In this document: positions 35,391 to 48,681 of the stretch, piece after piece
Numbering within the stretch: the first letter of the stretch is position 1
How the letters are laid out: each line of letters opens with the position of its first letter
Assembly: GCA_951406725.2 (NCBI GenBank)
Contig: OX597819.1
Span: 134,726,001-134,790,000 of the forward strand
Length of the DNA stretch: 64,000 nucleotides
Source of the DNA: Octopus vulgaris
Lineage: Eukaryota
Direction of reading: 5' to 3'
Notes under the pieces: generated by a model
What the model saw: only the letters and a program-made list of their open reading frames with translations
Databases searched by the model: none
Told to the model about the DNA's origin: nothing
Program-made: the position numbers and the translations under genes

Positions 35391-37827
35391 CATCATCATC
35401 GTTTAACGTCTGTTTTCCATGCTGGCATGCATTGGATAGTTTGACTGGGGACTGGCAAGCCAAGAGGTCGCACCAGGCTCCAATCTGATTTGGCAATGTT
35501 TCTACAGCTGGATGCCCTTCCTAATGCTAATCACTCCGAGAGTGTAGTGGGTACTTTTTACGTGCCACTGGCATGGGAGCCAGTCAGGTGGCACTGGCAC
35601 TGGCCATGTTCGGATAGTGTTTTTTACATGCCACTGGCATGGGGAGTCAGTCAGGCGGCACTGGCATCAGCCAAAACTACAATTTCCATTTGATTGTTAT
35701 TTGATTTGATTTTCATTGTCATTTTGACTTTACTTGACTCAATAGATCTCCTCAAGCAAGGCATATTGCTCGACGATTCAAAGGTACTTTTTAAATGGCC
35801 TGGTTATGTGACACTGGTGTAGGCTCTGGCTGTGATCTCACTTTCCTTACCGGGTCTTCTCAATCACAACGTATCTCCAGAGATGTTGGTCTCCTGTCAG
35901 TGCCTCTGTGAGGCCCAACGTTCGAAGGTCATGCTTCACCTCATCCCATGTCTTCCTAGGTCTCCCTCTACTATGGGTTCCTTCCACTGTTTGGGAGTGG
36001 CACTTCTTCACACAGCTCTCCTCATCCATACATAGCACATGACCATCCCAGTGCAATCATCTCTCTAGCACACCACGTCTCTCAGGGTGCTTACACTCTG
36101 TTGTGTGTGCACACTGACATTACACATCCAGCGGATCATACTAGCTTCATTTCTTTCAAGCCTACGTATGTCCTCAACAGTCATGGCCCATGTTTCACTG
36201 CTGTGTAGCATGGCAGTTCGCACACATGCATCATACAATCTACCTTTCACTCTGAGTGAGAGGCCTTTTGTCACCAGTAAAGGTAGAAACTTTCTGAACA
36301 TTGCCCAGACTATTCTTATTCTAGTGGTGACACTCTCTGAGCATTGACTCCCCACTACAGACTTGGTCACTTAAGTAGAAGAAGCTATCAACTACTTCTA
36401 GTTTCTTCTCCTGGCAAGTGATGGAATCAGTTTTCTGAGCATCTTCGGTGTTTATTGCCTCTGTGCATCTGCTGCACACAAAAGCTATCTTCCCAGTTAA
36501 TCTTCCTTTGATGTTGCTTCACCTCTTATGCGTCCATAGCTTACACTGGGTACATCTTATGGAGTTTCTACCTACACCTTTTCTACAGATCAAGCAGCGC
36601 CACCTACCTGAAGGGGTTTGTGATGTGTTTGCATTTCTACTTACTAGAGACTTTGGTGTTTGCAACATTGACTCTAAGGCCCTTCAATTCTAAACCTTGC
36701 TTCCACACCTGAAATTTCCTCTCTAGTTCTGGCTGTGAATCCACTCTGAAAGCAAGGTCATCAGCATAGAGGAGCTCCCAGGGGCAACCTGTCTTGAATT
36801 CCTGTTATTGCTTGGAATACTATGATGAATAAGAGGGGGCTGAAGGCTGATCCTTGGTGAATCCCTACCTCTACCCGGAATTCTTCACTATACACATTGC
36901 CGACCCTTACCTTACTAACGGCATCCAAGTACAGGGCCTGTACAACTTTTATTAACCACTTGTCAATCCCCAGTTTCTACATTGCCCACCAGATAAGAAG
37001 CTTTCTCCAAATCCACAAAAGCCAAGTATAGGGGTTTATCTTTGACTAGGTATTTCTTGCGTACCAGGAATATAGCATCAGTGGTGCTTCTACCTGGCAC
37101 AAAACCGAACTGCATCTCATCTAAACAGACTCTCTCCCTAATTAGTTGGGTTATGACCCTCTTCATGGCCTTCATCACCTGATCCAGCAGTTTGATACCC
37201 CTGTAGTTATTTCTATCTAAAGCATCACCTTTACCTTTGTAGCAGTTGACTATGGTGTGCTGCTATGCCACTCATTGGGTATGGCTCTTTCATGAACTAC
37301 CTGGTTTACAATATGGGTGACTAGGCCATAACCCACACCACCAGATATTTTAAGCATCTTAGCAGTTATTCCTGATGGACCGGAGGCTTTTCCTGGCTTC
37401 ATACCCTTAATTGCTTTATCTACCAGAGTGCTGTCTATTCGGATAGCTGGTCCCTTTACAGGATCAGCATTGGGCAGGCTCTTCTCCTCCCATTCATTCT
37501 CCACATTCAGCAGTCTTTCATAATGGCTTCTCCAAGCCTCTTTCTTTTCACAATCATTAAAAGCAAGTGCACCATCATCCATGTAAACACATTTCTCTCC
37601 TGTGACATCACAATTTTCTCTCACACACTGTCTTGCAATCTGAAATACTTCAGTTCTTTGATCCTTATATCACTGGACATTGGCAGACTTCTTCTTTTCT
37701 GCTTCTCCCTTGGCTATGTAAACATGTCTACCAGCCTCCCTTCTGACTATCTGGTACAGTTCCCTGCTGCCCCTACTCTTCCAGGTCTTCCAAGCCTGTT
37801 TCTTTGCTCTAATGGTCTTGTCTCCCA
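35391..37827 (-). mobile_element. RTE-clade LINE, about 2.4 kb 5'-truncated copy
   Basis: [81 protein letters not shown]; 3' UTR and (CAT)n at 35391. Confidence 0.9.
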
Positions 37828-38904
37828 TAAATAGAATTAACAGATAAACTATGTGTAAAGGAATATATATTTGTGTGGAATTAAATTGTTTTGGCATATT
37901 TCAACACATGCCGAATGAATGATATCGTTATATTAGATCCTCTTTTAAATTTGGGTATATTTGAAAAAGTAAGGAAACATCTTTCTCATGTCTTCTCAGA
38001 GCACCAGACTTTTGTGTGTCTGTATCTATCCATCCATCTATTTATCTATCTAGCTAGCTATTTAAGTTCTACCAATTATTAATGGTAAATATATATAACA
38101 GACTGACTCTTTAAAAAAGAGAGATTATGACTGATAAAATAATGAAAGCAATATTTACCAAGCAAGTGAGCACTGTTATACAAAGAAATAATTAGACTAA
38201 AATATCATAAAAATTATTAGAATTGGGAATCAAATGTGGAAATATTATCGAATGGCTAGCAGAAAACCACCCGGGGTGGGGGGGATGCAGTCTTTCTGCT
38301 AGTTATATCTAATAACTGTTGTAATCTACTTATTCATATTTACATAAGCATTATTCCTAGAATAAATACCAAATTACTTGGTTTATCAAAGGAGAAAAAA
38401 AATATTTTTGTAAGTCAAAGTTTATATCATCATCATCGATTAACATCCGCCTTCCATGCTGGCATGGGTTGTTTATAAATAAAGTGACTGTATAAAAAAA
38501 GCTGGAACTACATACTTGCAAATAAATGTTTTGATCACAATATGGCATTAGATAAAATTATTTATTTATTATTATTAATTGTATCACTAATTAATTAATT
38601 AAATCAATTTTTTTATAAATGTATAATCATTTAGTATAACGAAGATAGCTTACTTAAAATTTATAATTAATATTTAACTACAAATATGATGATATATTTT
38701 ACAGTCAATACAAATATTTTCACTAGAACTTAATATGAAATAATCTGAATTAATCCACTAAGAAATCTTTTTTCCTCAGACGTTCACATTTTTATACAAT
38801 TTAAAAATTTAAAACAACAAGTCTTTAGTCTCAATACGAGAAACTTACAAGGGATTCAGTATCAAATTAAACCTTATTTCTCCTGAAGGAATAAAATATA
38901 TATA

Positions 38905-39070
38905 ATGCAGGTGTGTCTGTGTGGTAAGAAGGTTGCTTCCCAACCACATGGTTCCCGGTTCAGTCCCACTGTGTGGCACCTTGGGCAAGTGTCTTCTGCT
39001 ATAGCATCCGGCTGACCAAAATCTTGTGTGTGGATTTTATAGATGGAAACTGAAAGAAGCCCATTGTATA
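38905..39070 (+). mobile_element. tRNA-derived CORE-type SINE (octopus OR-like)
   Basis: TGTGTGGTAAG A box, GGTTCAGTCCC B box, CACCTTGGGCAAGTG core; further copies near 34755-34920, 35126-35250, 33310-33560. Confidence 0.75.
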
Positions 39071-39690
39071 CCTGAAGGGATTTGTGATTTGCCTGCCTTC
39101 CTACTTAGACTTTGGTTCTTGCTAGGTTAACTCTATGGCCCTTCGATTCTAGACCTTGCTTCCAACTTTTCTAGTTCTTGTAGTGTTCAGCTACAAGTGT
39201 AAGGTCATCAGCATAGAGGAACTTTGCCTGGAGGACTATGATGTGGTCTGAAAATGGTGTGTTGAGCACTCATTTTTATTTGTTTGATGTTTCATCATCA
39301 CCTTCATTGAAAGTCTGTTGTCTATGCTGCTATGGGTTAGACAGTTTGACTAGGGCTAGTAATCTGAGGGGCTGCACCAGACTCCTGTCAGATTTGGCAT
39401 GGTTTCTACAGCCGGATGCTCTTCCTAATGCCAACCACTTCAAGACTGTAACGGGTGCTTTTATGTGTCACTGGTATGAGTTCCCGTTGCATGATACCAG
39501 ATCTGCCACGACTATGATTTCACTTGCCTTGATGGCTCTTCAACTCAAGTTTTGAATATTGCCAAAGGTCTCAGTCATTTGTCATTGCTCCGTGAGAGGC
39601 CCAATGCTTGAAAGGTGCTTTTTACATGCTACCAGCTCAGGTACTAGTTACACAACATCAACATGGCATATATATATATATATATATATA

Positions 39691-39996
39691 GGCGCAATGG
39701 CCCAGTAGTTAGAGCAGCGGATTCACGGTTGTAGGGTCGCCGTTTCGATTCCCAGACCGGGCATTATGAGTGTTTATTGAACGAAAACACCTAAAGCTCC
39801 ACAAGGCTCCAGCAGGAGGTGGTGGCGATCCCTGCTGTACTCTTTTGCCACAACTTTCTCTCACTCTTTCTTCGGTTGGCCTGCTCGCTTAGCCAGCGGG
39901 GTGGCGTCATTTGAAGGCTAAAACTATGCGAAGCGCATTGTGACCAGCGATGTGTAGCAACATCTGATAGCCTGGTCGGTCACGGTGTTCACGGTG
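39691..39996 (+). mobile_element. tRNA-derived SINE inserted in (TA)n
   Basis: GGCGCAATGGCCCAGTAGTTAG A box, GTTTCGATTCCC B box; (TA)n on both sides. Confidence 0.7.
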
Positions 39997-40261
39997 ATAT
40001 ATATATACACATACATATCTTCATTATACATATATATATATATATATATACATATCACTTCTTTACAGCTGTTTCCAGTGGATTTCATTAATAGATTAAT
40101 GGGCACATTGCATCCTTGAAGTCCTGTACGTGAATTTCTATAACTGTATCATTCAATAAATATAGTCCTCTACTTCCAATGGTATCAAGATCTATCTCTT
40201 TTGTCATTACATGCAAATTGTTGATATACATCTTTCTGTCACTTAGAAATATATTTTTCAG

Positions 40262-40499
40262 AAGTCTATGGATTGAGAAAAACATTTAAAATGGGAAACA
40301 GAACTGAAAGTTCCTTGAATTGTTTGGAGTGGCATTGTAAAAGTGAAAAGCAGTTTCATATTGACTCTTTTGCAATTCCATGTCCCTGTACACTGCAACA
40401 AGCACAGTTAGATCTTACTTTTAAAGGTGTAACCGGAAATACATGTTATGAAAACCGTTTCCCTATAAATGGTACAATACAGCGCTGTTGTTATTCACA
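40262..40499 (+). CDS. Exon G: AMOP domain, N-terminal part
   Basis: Acceptor tttttcag|AA, donor TCACA|gtaagt; 238 nt, phase 1-2; ...CLEWH...IPCPCTLQQAQLD...TCY...QRCCYS (AMOP C-x-x-W, CPCT, CCY motifs). Confidence 0.9.
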
Positions 40500-40874
40500 G
40501 TAAGTCTATGTATTCATATATAAAGTAATGTATTTTCATAACTGCTCTTTTGTATAATAAAGCATAATTGTCCTTTTCTTTTTACAGAGGGAAAAATATT
40601 CAGAATTTCTGTCTGAATGGTAGCGGTTGCAACTGGGAATAAAAATAGTATCACAGACATAGTTTGTCAAAATTTTACCTTTATGCTGCTCATTTCTTTA
40701 AATGTATTATTTATCACTAATGTAATAGAAATGAGTCTAAAGAATAATCTCTTTTGTTTGTAGAAATTATAAACAAGATCCACGAACCTTTGTTAAAGTT
40801 ATTAGCCTGGGTTCTGACAGCGCACAGTAATGTCTAAACATTAAATGCCCCAGAATTCCCTGTATGATGCATGT

Positions 40875-41294
40875 GGGATCTTTTCGGTTTGAACGGCAGT
40901 TTTTTCTAGCGGTGTCATATGAAATTGTCACCCATTATTATGACCCTAGTATCAATCTATTGCATTTCAATCTGTTTTAGGGTTAGGATTAGGGGTGGGT
41001 GGAAAAGTATTTTTTTTCTTCAGAAATGTAAATAAACCCAATCTGTTTCTTAAACGAGGGACATATTCATATAGCACAGAATGTTTTTTTTACCTCAATA
41101 AACGTCAGTGATTGGTTGAAATTGCAGAAATTGAAGGAAAAAAACAACAAATATCTTACAAACTATAGAATTTTCTCAAGAAAGCCAAGAGAAAAAGATG
41201 TTTTATTAACACATTCTACCAGTATACAAAGTTTAAAAGTTTTTAGTTACCTAGAAATTATGTTAAAAACTGCCGTTCAAACCGAAAAGATCCT
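40875..41294. mobile_element. MITE with about 29-bp TIRs and 6-bp TSD (GCATGT), inserted in an RTE fragment
   Basis: GGGATCTTTTCGGTTTGAACGGCAGTTTTT ... AAAAACTGCCGTTCAAACCGAAAAGATCCT; GCATGT at 40869-40874 and 41295-41300; removing it restores the RTE reading [16 protein letters not shown]. Confidence 0.88.
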
Positions 41295-41670
41295 GCATGT
41301 GTGCGAACTGTCATGCTACATGGCAGTGAAACATGGGCTATGAATGCTGAGGACATGCATAGGCTTGAAAGAAATGAAGCTAGTATGCTTCACTGGATGT
41401 GTAATGTCAGTGTGCATACACAACAGAGTGTAAGTGCCCTGAATGAAAAGTTGGGCATAAGAAGCATTAAATGTAGGCTATTCTTACTGTACTGGTATGA
41501 TCATGTGTTACATATGAATGAAGACAGCTGTGTGAGGAAGTGCCACTCCCTAATTGTAGAAGAGGTAGACCCAGGAAGACATGGGATGAGGTGGTGAAGC
41601 ATGACCTTCAAACATTGGACTTCACAGAGGCAATGACAGGAGACCAGGACCTTTGGAGACATGCTGTGAT
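41295..41670 (+). mobile_element. RTE LINE ORF C-terminal fragment
   Basis: [34 protein letters not shown]... Confidence 0.85.
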
Positions 41671-42354
41671 ACTTTGCGCCAATATGATGTACAACTTCAT
41701 TTAACCATGTCGCTTTGACAGAAATTCCTGTCACCAACATACTGAACACTATCATTTTGGTTTTACTTTTTGCTTTCTTTAATATATACACATATATATA
41801 AAAACATACATACACACACACACACACACACATATATATAAAATACACTTTAAGTGAAATAAAGTTTCCCAAAAGTTAAATATATCTCATAAAACAAATG
41901 TGAATGAGAGTGTGTCACACTTTTTCAACACAAAGCCTAACAGCAGATGAAATACGAGGCATTTTGTTCAGCATACTAATGTTTCTGCCAGCTCACCACC
42001 TTGATATAATAAATGGGAATGTCAGTGTGTCACACTTTTTCAATTTTACTCCTAGAGTTCATAGCCCAACATAACATATCAATACTACATGTGTCGAAAC
42101 AGTTGTTGTGATTAATAATATATTCCATTTTCCATCTTATCATATATATATATATATATATGTATGTATATATATATGTATGTATATATATATGTATGTA
42201 TATATATATATGTATGTATATATATATATGTATGTATATATATATATGTATGTATATATATATGTATGTATATATGTATGTATGTATATATGCATGTATA
42301 TATATATATGTATGTATATATATATATATATGTATATGTATATATATATATATG

Positions 42355-42403
<49 letters not shown>

Positions 42404-42419
42404 CTTAGAATAACTTAAA

Positions 42420-42617
42420 AAGGTTTTGGCCAGTATTGGCCCAGGCCATGTCTAAATTAATAGCACCACCTGGCGAAGTCTTTCAGTTCAGGATTTGGGC
42501 ACCAAGGCCCATTCGAGCAGAGAGTTATTGTTTGCGGAGACATATCCGGGTGTGTGTGGTTTGTCCGGTACTGTTTGAAGGAATTTGTCCAAAGACTTCT
42601 TGAATTTTGTGTGGTCA
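42420..42617 (-). mobile_element. CR1/L2-like LINE 3' end
   Basis: [19 protein letters not shown]...NNSLLEW* resembles the C-terminus of ORF 1055-1321 ([16 protein letters not shown]...SNSL). Confidence 0.75.
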
Positions 42618-42780
42618 ATATGTATATATATATGTATGTATATATATATGTATGTATATATGTATGTATATATGTATGTATGTATATATGTATGTATATA
42701 TGTATGTATATATATATGTATGTATATATGTATGTATATATGTATGTATGTGTATATGTATGTATATATGTATGTATATA

Positions 42781-43507
42781 TCATCATCATCATCATCATC
42801 GTTTAACGTCCGTTCTCCATGCTAGCATGGGTTGGATGGTTCGACCGGGGATCTGGGAAGCCAGAAGGCTGCACCAGGCTCCAGTCTTATCTGGCAATGT
42901 TTCTACAGCTGGATGCCCTTCCTAACGCCAACCACTCTATGAGTGTAGTGGGTGCTTTTTACGTGCCACCCGCACAGGTGCCAGGCGAGGCTGGCAACGG
43001 CTACGGTCGGATTGGTGCATTTTACGTGCCACCGGCACGGAAGCCAGTCAATCGGCCACGATTCGGATAGTGCTTTTTACGTACCACCAGTCCAGGGGTC
43101 CTGGCATCTGCCGGGTGCCAGTCATAGGATTGGTTCAATTTCGATTCCGATTTCACTTGCCCCAACATGTCTTCGCAAGCAAAGGGGGTTGGCATGGGTG
43201 CCTGTCGTCGGATGAGGTTCTATATCGACTTCGCTTGCCTCAACAGGTCTTTGTGTCCAAGGGAGGAAAGGCATGCATAAGTGGGCTGGGCTCTCTTGTC
43301 CTGCCTGGTCTTCTCACGTACAGCATATTTCCAAAGGTCTCAGTCGCTGGTCATTTCCTCAGTGAGGCCTAAAGTTCGAAGGTCGTGCTTCACCACCTCG
43401 TCCCAGGTTTTCCTGGGTTTACCTCTTCCATGGGTTCCCTCAACTGCTAGGGATTGGCACTTTTTCACACACCTATCTTCATCCATTCTCGCCACATGAC
43501 CATACCA
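42781..43507 (-). mobile_element. RTE LINE 3' end
   Basis: [17 protein letters not shown]...[16 protein letters not shown] plus 3' UTR and (CAT)n tail. Confidence 0.88.
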
Positions 43508-43508
43508 A

Positions 43509-44229
43509 TATATATGTATGTTTATATATATAATTATATGTATATATGTATGTATGTATATATATATGTATATATGTATGTATATATATATGTATATATG
43601 TATGTATATATATATATGTATGTATATATATATGTATGTATATATGTATGTATATATATATATGTATGTATATATGTATGTATATATGTATGTATATATG
43701 TATGTATATATATATGTATGTATATATGTATGTATGTATATATGTATGTATGTATATATGTATGTATGTATATATGTATGTATATATATATGTATATATG
43801 TATGTATGTATATATGTATGTATGTATATATGTATGTATGTATATATGTATGTATATATATATGTATGTATATATGTATGTATGTATATATATATGTATG
43901 TATATATATATGTATGTATATATATATGTATGTATATATGTATGTATGTATATATGTATGTATGTATATATGTATGTATGTATATATGTATGTATATATA
44001 TATGTATGTATATATATATGTATGTGTATATATATATGTATGTGTATATATGTATGTATGTATATGTATGTATATATATGTGTATGTATATGTATGTATA
44101 TGTATGTATATATGTATATGTATGTGTATATGTATATGTGCATATGTATATATATGTATATATATGTGTGTATATATATGTGTATATATATATGTGTATA
44201 TATATGTGTATATATATATATGTGTATAT

Positions 44230-44265
<36 letters not shown>
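43509..44265. repeat. Long compound (TA)n/(TATG)n microsatellite; similar tracts at 818-966, 5089-5257, 6273-6591, 42141-42401, 42618-42780
   Basis: Directly visible low-complexity tracts; they generate the spurious Y/I/M/C/V ORFs in the ORF track. Confidence 0.97.
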
Positions 44266-44266
<1 letters not shown>

Positions 44267-44375
44267 AAGTTAATCCAAACATGAAAATCCCAAAGAGAAA
44301 ACGTAACAACGTGAGGATGTGGAACAAATATAGTAGAGTTATTGGACGCTCAGGAAAGAAAAGAAAGACGGAGGA

Positions 44376-44410
44376 TTTAACGTTTCAAGCGGAGCTCTTC
44401 GTCAGAAACA
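44376..44410 (-). ncRNA. Minimal hammerhead ribozyme motif in a Penelope-like terminal fragment (about 44266-44485)
   Basis: Minus strand TTT-CTGACGA-AGAGCTCCGCTT-GAA-ACGT-T-AAA: canonical CUGANGA core, stem II GAGC/GCTT, palindromic ACGU stem III; stem I only 3 bp. Confidence 0.55.
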
Positions 44411-44487
44411 TAGGAATGGGAAATATTCAAGGAAGGAAAGACGGAGGAAAAAAAATCGCCAACGGTACACACGTGGTCACAGTTTGA

Positions 44488-44526
<39 letters not shown>

Positions 44527-45148
44527 TGCATATATACACATATGTGTGTTTCTATATTCATAATCCAGTGAAGCAAACCGAGATTTACCCATTAGTACAA
44601 TTACAGTGCGATTTCTCGCTCTAAATTTTCCTTAGTGATGTGGTTAGCCAAAATCCTGGACTATACCTCAGAACTCTTCTAGTACCAATCTGGATAATGT
44701 ATCCCTATATACCCATTGTATGCTTATATATATATATATATATCAACACACACATTTATATGCGACCATGCAGCCACTAAATGACTAACCTGCAATAATT
44801 CCACTTCTGCTTCTACTATTATTACAACAGTTCATGTTCCCCTGAACTTACAAATTTTCTACCATCCCTACCTAGTTTACCCATCTGCCCTCCTTTCATA
44901 AGCTATGCTCTAACTCATCCCTTATATTCTACATTGCACCAAACATTTTACTCAAATTTTTATCCTCTTATCTCCAAAACTGCAATCTCCTGGGATTCCC
45001 TCTTCACTCCATTTTGCCTCCAGATACCAAGATGAGTAGTAATGCTATTAACCCCACAAATTTGGGAGTGTCAGTTATAGTAATAGCCCCTTGTCTCTAA
45101 ACTAAGATTAAAATACACATACATTTATTTCTCTTAAATTCATTTCAG

Positions 45149-45318
45149 GGCTGAGAAGGCTCTTTTGAAAGACTATCCTGACGGTGGTTTTATATACAAC
45201 ACAAATGGATCTTTTTCTGATGGTCAACAATATTGTTGTAAAGACTATCCATTATGTAATCTGTTTTATGACATTCATCCATCTGACACCTGTTCAAAGT
45301 ATCAAGTTCCAGGGACTG
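45149..45318 (+). CDS. Exon H: AMOP domain, C-terminal part
   Basis: Acceptor atttcag|G, donor ACTG|gtaagt; 170 nt, phase 2-1; AEKALLKDYPDGGFIY...QYCCKDYPLCNLFYDIHPSDTCSKYQVPGT (CC...C..F...P...C..Y pattern). Confidence 0.88.
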
Positions 45319-45402
45319 GTAAGTTTATTCCTTTTAATTTTTTTACCTTAATTTTTCATCAAAATGTTAAACAAAAGATCTGAAAAATAATATCATTATT
45401 AA

Positions 45403-46300
45403 TTGTTTGCTTTTGGAAAGTGGTATATCATTGTTGTTGATTATGTGCTACGTATGTCAGTTGATACCATCTCTGGCAAGGGCTTTGAAATAAAACCAAG
45501 AAGAAGTTCCAGACACCCAGCTGAGTACTTGACAGACACTGACTTTGCTGACGACATCGCTCTTATCAGTGATTCTCTCTCCAATGCCCAGTCTCTTTTG
45601 CAATCTCTTGAACAAGCCTCAAATTGTGTAGGTCTTTACCTCAATGAGGCCAAAACTGAATACATAAACAAGTGCCTGTCCAACAGTGATTGCATCATCC
45701 ATACTCTCAACAATGCGCCCTTAAATATGGTTTCTGATTATAAATATCTTGGGTCATACATATCATCATCTGGAAAAGACTTTCTAACTAGAAAGGGTAT
45801 GGCCTGGTCAGCTTGTAATGACATGCATAAGATCTGGTCATCAAATCTAAGTAGAGACTTCAAACTTGAAATATTCAAAGCCACAGTCGAACCAATTCTA
45901 CTATATGGCTCAGAAACCTGGACGTTATCAAAGAATCTTGAGAGGCGGTTGGATGGAACCTACACTCGCCTCCTTATGAGAGCTCAAAATCTCTCGTGGA
46001 AGCGCCATCTAACCAAAATGCAAATATATGGGAAATTACCTGTGTCATCTCTTGTGAAAGGTAGGAGAGTCCAGTTTGCTGGACATTGTTGTAGAACTGA
46101 AAAAGAAGTAATTTCTACTCTTCTCCTCTGGAAGCCATCTACTCGCAATACCAGAGGGCGCACACTCTCCTACCCTGATGTAATCTCCAGGGATACAGGC
46201 ATCCAGCAACAGGACCTCCGTAATGCTATGATGGACCGTGAAGTCTGGCGTAACATAGTAAATTCCATTGTCTCGACCACGGTCGAACAATGATGATGAT
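45403..46300 (+). mobile_element. 5'-truncated RTE-like LINE (second family) with an uninterrupted RT C-terminal ORF
   Basis: 296-aa ORF: DTDFADDIALIS, GLYLNEAKTEY, YKYLGS, ILLYGSETW, FAGHC, DREVW; (TGA)n tail. Confidence 0.9.
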
Positions 46301-48491
46301 GATATCAGAAGGGTCTAACTTTTAGGTGAGAGAATATTTGGTTGCCCATTAAGCTAACTCTATGTAGAACTAATTCATCACTAAGATTATCACAACTAAG
46401 TGAAAGAAGAGGCAGAAACCTTTAGTTTCGAGGACAACTGGAAGTTGGTGTGTAACAACTTCTTAATTAAGTTTGCCTCAAGTTCGCTGAAACATTCACT
46501 GGAATTATTTATTCATGATATACGATGAAGGTTAAATTGATGGCAAAGGCCTTAGCTTAGATGACAATAGTGCTTATACTGAATATAAATTAAGCAGAAG
46601 GGACAAGATATATTATTGAAAGTTAATAAAGATGAGTCTGACAGATAACTGGAGAGCACTGATTAAGTTGGGAAGATGAGAAAAGATTTTTCATTCTAAT
46701 ATCAACGAAAACATACTTTGCCTTCTTCATCGTTCCCTTACATTCATTTTCAAGTGGTCCTATGTGCCTACTAAGCAAACTTCTCACTTATTTTATATAT
46801 ACAAGCTGCATTGAAACTAGATGAACAGTTTATGATTATGTATATTTTGACACTAGTTATATAATTATATTCATTTTTTTTTTTACATACAGTAATAAAA
46901 ATAAATTTCAAAAAATTAGTTCATTACAAAAGCACTGAAAATGTAATCAACTCAGTTATTCCAGCTGTTGTCCCTCACAATTTACACAGCTTTGAAGTCC
47001 ACCTTTCATGCTTTGACATTTCTGTGCAAGTTTCTTTCTCCAGTAACATCTTGAAATCTATTTCTGACATAATTTTTTGAATTACCAACATCATCATCAT
47101 CATTTAACATCCATTTTCCATGCTGGTATGGGTTGGGTAGTTTGACAGGAACTGGCAAGACTAAGAGCCACACCAAGTTCTATTTTCTGTCTTGGCATAG
47201 TTTCTACATCTGGAAGCCCTTCCTAATGTGAACCACTCCACAGAGTGGACTTGGTGCATTTTATGTAGCACCTGTACTTCATTGTCGTTGAGTACTCTGT
47301 AGAAAATTTAAAAAAATCTATTTTGGTTAAACTTGTTGCCCAATGAATTCGGCTTCTTCAGTTGATCCATTTTCTCTTGAATAATGCAGAATGGAATTGG
47401 AGTGTCTAGTTGGAAAGAGGGTTCATCTTAATTAAGTTCCATTCATTACAATCTCAGGATATGAATCATATGACTTCTGCATAAAAACAATTGGGCCTAA
47501 AACACAAGAACTCAACATATTACCCCAAACACTGAGTGACACCAGACTGATTTAGTTGTTGTGTTAATGGTAAATGTCTGCTCTCACCAATTAACACAAT
47601 TACATTTGTTAACAAGACTTGATAATGTGAAGAAGAAGAAGAAGAAAAAAAACTGATTGATTGACACAATGTTATCTAAAAGGATTGGATTTCCTTCTGT
47701 TTTCATTATCTCACTAAATTGCTGCCACATGTTTGTGTCATGCTCCAATAAACCAAGTTGTCATGAATGAAAAGTGTTCAACCCATTCAGTCCCAGAATT
47801 CATAGACTCGAGCTTTATGAAATGTTTGATTCTGCTGAAGCTCTTCTGGTGGACTTTTTTAAACCATGAACAAAATTCTTCAGCAAAATTTGTGTGAACT
47901 GGTTTCAGTCGACCAATTTTAGGTATATTCAGAATTGAACTAGTGGCATCAGTTTTCTCATTGATGTGCTAAATTGTTTTATCACTTTGAGACTTGAGTG
48001 CCATGTTTCATTTAGACATTCCCAGTATCCATTTAACACACTTTTTCTTGAATCAGAAATGAAAGTATTTGCCATTATGACTTCTCTGAATTATCCACTG
48101 AGAAAAAAAAAAGATTCAAATTTTAATAAATTTCATTATGTTTAATTGACTCGAGCAATATAGTTATAATAAACACCAATATGATAATATGACACAAGCC
48201 CTGTTCAAGTGACTGGCCACCAGCATGTATACACACACACACACATATATACATACACACACATGACTTTATACTTTTTCTTTTTCACCTCACCAGTAAT
48301 GGTGCCACAGTAATGATGATTTCTGTGTGTGTGTGTGTGTGTGTGTACCCTTCTCATAAGTAGCAGAAAAATGTGTGAGGAGTTTCTACAAGTATAGTTT
48401 ATACGACCAGAATTGCTCTCTGCAGTGATCATTCTAAGCATGGTAAGAACCATGCTTAATCTGGATGTGCAAATATCTAAAACTTGTATGA

Positions 48492-48646
48492 GGCGTAGGA
48501 GTGGCTTGCTTACGAACCACAGGGTACTGGGTTCAATCCCACTGTGTGGCACTTTGGGCAAGTGTCTTCGGCTATAGCCTCAGGCTGACCAAAGCCTGTG
48601 AGTGGATTTGGTAGATAGAAACTGAAAGAAGCCCATCATGTGTGTG

Positions 48647-48681
<35 letters not shown>

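Noticed and set aside
38255-38303. Short inverted repeat CTAGCAGAAA...TTTCTGCTAG as a terminator or distinct element
   Set aside because: It looks like juxtaposed Helitron-type 3' ends or chance; it is too short to support a call.
43340-44487. Long Y/I/H/M/C/V-rich ORFs (also 680-1352, 4906-5367, 6229-6844, 42108-42925)
   Set aside because: They are translations of (TA)n/(TATG)n microsatellites that are open in several frames on both strands.
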